Assembly (NCBI GenBank): GCA_937897575.1
Contig: CALCQG010000093.1
Span: forward strand, 1-32,680
Reading direction: 5' to 3'
Source: an uncultured Synergistales bacterium
GTDB lineage: Bacteria > Synergistota > Synergistia > Synergistales > Aminobacteriaceae
Length of the DNA: 32,680 nt
Below are positions 28,642 to 32,680 of the stretch, piece by piece. The notes under the pieces were generated by a model. That model was given only the letters and a program-made list of their open reading frames with translations, was not told where the DNA came from and did not search any database. Positions within the stretch are counted from its first letter, which is position 1; each line of letters starts with the position of its first letter. Both the position numbers and the translations under genes were made by a program.

Positions 28642-29588
28642 TCTTCAGGTATCTTTCTCTCAGTTTGTTTTTGTAGCCCCCAAAGCCAAGACGCAGTTGT
28701 CTCTATTCCGGTGGGAAGGGTATAGGGCAACGTAATGGAAAGAAGTTTCTTAACTCGTTCATTTGAAACAACGAGGGAACGAGTCAGTTTTTTTATGGTA
28801 TCACTCTTTCCTAAAAAATTCCCCAGTTTCTCCAACACTATTGATGAACAAGGAAAAAGCCTAGGAGTTTTCCCCAAAGCTAAGGCCATAATGTGTATCA
28901 GTTCTGATGTGGAAACTGCTTCATTGTCTGCGATATGGAAAATACGGTCTATTGAAGCGTGTGATTCTACAGCAATTTGTATGGTATATGTGAGGTTATA
29001 TACATTAAGCATGCTCCTAGCATTTTTTACTTTGGCAAAAGGTAATGGGATGCCTTTTTGTACTGCGTTCATGAGTTTAAGAAAATTGCCTTTGACTCCT
29101 GGACCGTAAATCAGCGGAGGTCTTAATATTAAAGTCTCTATTGATCGTGAGTTCTTAAGAATCAATTCTTCAGCTTCTCTTTTTGTAATGCCATAACAGT
29201 CCTCGGGGTTACATGGACTTTCTTCTGTAAATGATTGATCAATTGGAGTTTCTTCACCCACGGCTTTAATGGAGCTAAGGTAGACGAATCTTTTTACGCC
29301 ATAGTCTTTGGAGGCTTCGAGTAATGCTCTCGTGATGCCGACATTGACGCGCCGATAAGTTGATAATGCAGATGGATCTCTTGCGTCCGCAGCGTGAGTT
29401 TTAGCAATCAGGTGAATAACTGTTGCGCACTCTGCTTTCTCAAGCGCTGTCCTCCATGATTCAACAGAATAGGGATCGCAAAGGTCACCTTTGCTCACGG
29501 AAGAGATTTCGTATCCTTTTTTTAACAAATGGTTCTTAAGATGTTGTCCGACGAAGCCTGTCATCCCTGTGATAAAGACTTTTTTCAT
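28638..29588 (-). CDS. NAD-dependent epimerase/4-reductase (WbpV/WbpK-like)
   Basis: MKKVFITGMTGFVG, YLSSIKAVGE, YGITK, RPPLIYGPGVKGNF, NARS; ATG 29588 overlapping the upstream stop. Confidence 0.9.
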   Translation of the reverse strand: MKKVFITGMTGFVGQHLKNHLLKKGYEISSVSKGDLCDPYSVESWRTALEKAECATVIHLIAKTHAADARDPSALSTYRRVNVGITRALLEASKDYGVKRFVYLSSIKAVGEETPIDQSFTEESPCNPEDCYGITKREAEELILKNSRSIETLILRPPLIYGPGVKGNFLKLMNAVQKGIPLPFAKVKNARSMLNVYNLTYTIQIAVESHASIDRIFHIADNEAVSTSELIHIMALALGKTPRLFPCSSIVLEKLGNFLGKSDTIKKLTRSLVVSNERVKKLLSITLPYTLPTGIETTASWLWGLQKQTERKIPEE

Positions 29589-30613
29589 GTTACTCTTCCT
29601 TCCCTCTCTCGTGCTCCGGAGGAAAAACGGTAATAGAGTAGCATCCATATTACCCCAAGTAGGCCATAGGTTGCTATAAACAGTAGAAAAACAAATTGTG
29701 ATAAAAAGAATGTTGCAAGCGAGATGCAGAAACTTAACGAGAGAGTGCTGGTCGTTACAGCAGCATGTTTGAAACCCGCTTTTAAGAACTGATGGTATAG
29801 ATGATCTCGATGGGCTTCTGACAGGCGTTTCCGCTGTCTTGCTCGCATAATCAGAGTAAGGGTGGCGTCCACTACGAAGACAGAGATCAGTACGGCCCAA
29901 ACGAGGAGGGACATTGTATTTGTGTTTTCACTGTAGAGGGCGAAGCAGAAGAAAGCGAAGCCTAAGAAACCGCTACCTGTGTCCCCCATGAACACTTTTG
30001 CAGGTGACCAATTCCAGAGCAGAAAGCCGAGAACTAAGGCAGCCAATGTGAATAGCGCAAAAGAGGTGGAAGTCCCTAGTGTAAGAAAGGCGCCTGCAGA
30101 TGCAACCAGAACAGCTTCTCCTGCAGCGAGGCCATCGACGCCATCCATGAAATTATAGAGATTGATCAGCCAGATACCTCCTATAAGACCGAGAACATAT
30201 CCAAAAGCACCGAGAGAAACGTGATATTTCCCCATGAAAAGAGAGGGAAGCCCTCCATTGTTGAAAAGGGTCCACAAGACGGCCAGTGCGTGGACTAGGA
30301 GACGTGTTCGGGCTGGCAAGTTCTTTCGATCATCGATCCATCCAATAGTCGCTATCAGTGTGCCTCCCCCGAGAAGGGAACTCCACAAAGGGGCTTGCTG
30401 AGGATAGGAGAGTGCAAAAAAGCAGATGGAGAGGAGAAAAAGAGATACAAATACGATCCCGCCGCCCCTTGGAGTGGGAATCGTATGGGAGCTTCGCATA
30501 TTAGGGATGTCGAGAATGGCATTCTTTCTGGCATAACCGATGTACAGTTTTGTCCCGAGAAAAGAGGCGAGAAAAAGGCCAAAATATATTGTCACAGAGG
30601 AGAGGAGAGTCAT
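29585..30613 (-). CDS. wbpL: Undecaprenyl-phosphate HexNAc-1-phosphate transferase (WbpL/WecA family)
   Basis: DIPNMRSSH.IPTPRGGG, GWIDD, NLYNFMDGVDG, FMGDTGS, AHRDHLY; ATGA overlap with wbpM. Confidence 0.92.
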   Translation of the reverse strand: MTLLSSVTIYFGLFLASFLGTKLYIGYARKNAILDIPNMRSSHTIPTPRGGGIVFVSLFLLSICFFALSYPQQAPLWSSLLGGGTLIATIGWIDDRKNLPARTRLLVHALAVLWTLFNNGGLPSLFMGKYHVSLGAFGYVLGLIGGIWLINLYNFMDGVDGLAAGEAVLVASAGAFLTLGTSTSFALFTLAALVLGFLLWNWSPAKVFMGDTGSGFLGFAFFCFALYSENTNTMSLLVWAVLISVFVVDATLTLIMRARQRKRLSEAHRDHLYHQFLKAGFKHAAVTTSTLSLSFCISLATFFLSQFVFLLFIATYGLLGVIWMLLYYRFSSGAREREGRVT

Positions 30614-32472
30614 AGTGCCTCTTGCCCCTTGCACACGGTGCACTGGGGTACGATGCGCCCCAGGACGGTCCGGATGGCGTCGCGGTTTTCCCCCTCGGCG
30701 GTGGAGCGAAGCTCCACGAGGAGCGTGGCGAAGTCCTCGGAAAGATCGTTGTCCCGGGCCATGAAGATCTTCTTGAAGTGCGAGGCCTCGGTGCCCTCTT
30801 CGGCGGTGAGGAGCTCCTCGAAGAGCTTCTCCCCCTGACGCATCCCAGTGAAGACGATCTCGATGTCTTCCCCCGGCACGAACCCCGAGAGCGTGATGAG
30901 GTCCCGGGCCAGGTCCACTATCTTCACGGGCTCTCCCATGTCGAGGACGAAGACCGAGCCGTTGCGTTTCATACCCCCCGCCTGGAGGACGAGCTGAGCC
31001 GCCTCAGGAATGGTCATGAAGTAGCGGGTCATGTCCGGGTGAGTCACCGTCACAGGACCGCCCCGACGGATCTGCTCCTTGAAGATGGGGATGACGCTGC
31101 CGCGGCTGCCCAGCACGTTGCCGAACCGGACCGACACGAAGACCTGGCCTTCGGCGGCCTTCATGGCCGCGTTTCGCACCACCATCTCGGCCACCCGTTT
31201 CGACGCCCCCATGACGGACGTGGGGTTCACCGCCTTGTCGGTGGAGATGTTCACGAAGGCCTCCACACCTCCGGAGAGAGAGAGGTCCACGAGGTTTTTC
31301 GTGCCGAAGACGTTGTTCAGCACCGCCTCCTCGGGATTCTCCTCCATGAGGGGGACGTGCTTGTGCGCCGCGGCGTGGAACACTACCTGAGGCTGGAAGT
31401 GGTCGAAGACCCGGCTCATGCGCTCTCTGTTCCGCACGTCCGCCACGACCACGGTGAAGGCGGAGAAGGACCTGGTTCTGAGCTCCTGCTGTATCTGGAA
31501 GAGGCTGTTCTCCCCCCGCCCCAGGAGCACCACATGCCGAGGGAAGAAGGGCAGGATCTGCCGGACGATCTCGCTGCCGATGGACCCCCCTGCCCCGGTG
31601 ACGAGGACTCGCTTGTCGCGGATGTACCCCGCTATTTCGTCCAGGTCGAGCTGGACGGGGTCGCGGTTCAGCAGATCCTCGACCTCCACGTTGCGGATGC
31701 TGGAGATGGAGACCTTGCCGGAGATGACCTCCCAGACGCCGGGGATGATCCGGGCCGGTATCTCCTCGTCCCGGGCGGCGTCGAGAATGGAACGGATCAC
31801 GTCGCCTCTGGCGGAGGGGATAGCGATGAGGATCTCATCCACCGCCATCTTTTTCGTCACGGCGGCCAGGAGGTCCACTCTCCCGAACACGGGATACCCC
31901 ACGAAGGTGGTGCCGATCTTCCCGGGGTCGTCGTCCAGGAACCCAACGGGAAGGAGCCCTGCCTCCGGTTGGCGGAGCATTTCCCGGGCGATCATGGTGC
32001 CGGCCTCGCCGGCCCCGATGATCAGCACTCGCTTGTCGTCTCCCTTTCGCAAAGACCGGAGCCGCTCTTCCTGAAAAATCCGTGCCGCGAGGCGGACGCC
32101 GCCCCAGCAGATAAAGGTCAGCAGGGCGTCGATGGAGGGGATGCTTCTCGAGATACGATAATCGGTTCCTAAAAGAAAGGACGCGGTGGCAAGAATGAGG
32201 AGCAGCACCACAACCGCCCGGAAGAGCTGGATGAGGTCGCGAATGCCGATGTTGCGCCAGGACTGCCTGTACAGCTTGAAGAAGAGTTCAACGGCAAGTT
32301 TGACGGCGATGCTGAGGGCGATGTAGACGATCTCGCTGCGTCGGTGCAGTATAGGGATCGGAAAGCCGAAGCGCATGGCATAGGCACCCCATGCGGAGAG
32401 CGCCGCAAGGACCATGTCGATGCCGAATTTGATGGGAAACGAGGACTGAAGCACCACGTTTTTCGCGTTCAT
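30610..32472 (-). CDS. wbpM: UDP-GlcNAc 4,6-dehydratase (WbpM/CapD/PglF family)
   Basis: N-terminal TMs, IIGAGEAG, VTGAGGSIGSE, FHAAAHKHVP, STDKAVNP, VRFGNVLGSRGSV, MTRYFMTIPEA, GEKLFEEL. Confidence 0.95.
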   Translation of the reverse strand: MNAKNVVLQSSFPIKFGIDMVLAALSAWGAYAMRFGFPIPILHRRSEIVYIALSIAVKLAVELFFKLYRQSWRNIGIRDLIQLFRAVVVLLLILATASFLLGTDYRISRSIPSIDALLTFICWGGVRLAARIFQEERLRSLRKGDDKRVLIIGAGEAGTMIAREMLRQPEAGLLPVGFLDDDPGKIGTTFVGYPVFGRVDLLAAVTKKMAVDEILIAIPSARGDVIRSILDAARDEEIPARIIPGVWEVISGKVSISSIRNVEVEDLLNRDPVQLDLDEIAGYIRDKRVLVTGAGGSIGSEIVRQILPFFPRHVVLLGRGENSLFQIQQELRTRSFSAFTVVVADVRNRERMSRVFDHFQPQVVFHAAAHKHVPLMEENPEEAVLNNVFGTKNLVDLSLSGGVEAFVNISTDKAVNPTSVMGASKRVAEMVVRNAAMKAAEGQVFVSVRFGNVLGSRGSVIPIFKEQIRRGGPVTVTHPDMTRYFMTIPEAAQLVLQAGGMKRNGSVFVLDMGEPVKIVDLARDLITLSGFVPGEDIEIVFTGMRQGEKLFEELLTAEEGTEASHFKKIFMARDNDLSEDFATLLVELRSTAEGENRDAIRTVLGRIVPQCTVCKGQEAL

Positions 32473-32516
32473 CTCGTTTGCGCGGTATCCTGCGTCTGCC
32501 TCCCCGCTCTGCTGTG

Positions 32517-32680
32517 CTACGCAGTGCCCTTCTGTCTCCTGCCCTCTGCGAACGCCGCGATCAGGGCGCCGAAAACCCCCGCAAAAAGCCCGAGCACCCC
32601 GGAGAGGGCGACGATGAGCTTTCTGTTGGGTGCGACGGGTTTTGTCAGGACCACGGGCTGTTCAATGACCCGGATGGAGT
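32517..32680 (-). CDS. wzz: C-terminus of a Wzz-type chain-length determinant / polysaccharide co-polymerase (partial)
   Basis: Manual translation SIRVIEQPVVLTKPVAPNRKLIVALSGVLGLFAGVFGALIAAFAEGRRQKGTA*: proline-rich motif followed by the Gly-rich TM2. Confidence 0.85.
   Translation of the reverse strand, partial: SIRVIEQPVVLTKPVAPNRKLIVALSGVLGLFAGVFGALIAAFAEGRRQKGTA

Noticed and set aside
30622..32172. 516-aa + strand ORF
   Set aside because: Antisense shadow of wbpM.
1..32680. CRISPR arrays, tRNA/rRNA genes, JUMPstart/ops element
   Set aside because: No regularly spaced repeats, cloverleaf/rRNA signatures or GGCGGTAG ops motif upstream of the glycan operons noticed by eye.

Overview
Cell-envelope locus from a GC-rich, probably anaerobic diderm bacterium (Synergistetes-like; taxonomy is inference). 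Left to right: the N-terminal 763 codons of a YadA-type trimeric autotransporter adhesin on the minus strand (missing from the ORF track because it runs off the window), mscL, a GC-rich cluster of six glycosyltransferases plus a Wzx flippase in two convergent blocks, an Ldh2-family dehydrogenase, and a truncated hexapeptide acetyltransferase. From about 13535 to 30610 lies a visibly AT-richer, mosaic polysaccharide island: rmlB, a dead rmlA stub, rmlC, a DegT aminotransferase, a GNAT acetyltransferase, wzy, wzx, two GTs and an intact rmlA on +, meeting wbpL, an epimerase/reductase, a GT4, wbpO/tviB and wbpP/tviC on -. The GC-rich wzz-wbpM pair resumes on the right. Manual reading found items absent from the ORF track. 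There is a decayed RelB/RelE-type toxin-antitoxin pair at the island's left edge and a 35-aa leader or gene stub coupled to the first GT. There is also a complete but decayed IS481-family element (26-bp ends, CCCTAAA duplication). Its transposase is interrupted at two conserved motifs by two mutually related, structured non-coding inserts of 66 and 116 nt, the best candidate here for an undescribed element. All family calls come from motif recognition by eye; no searches were run.
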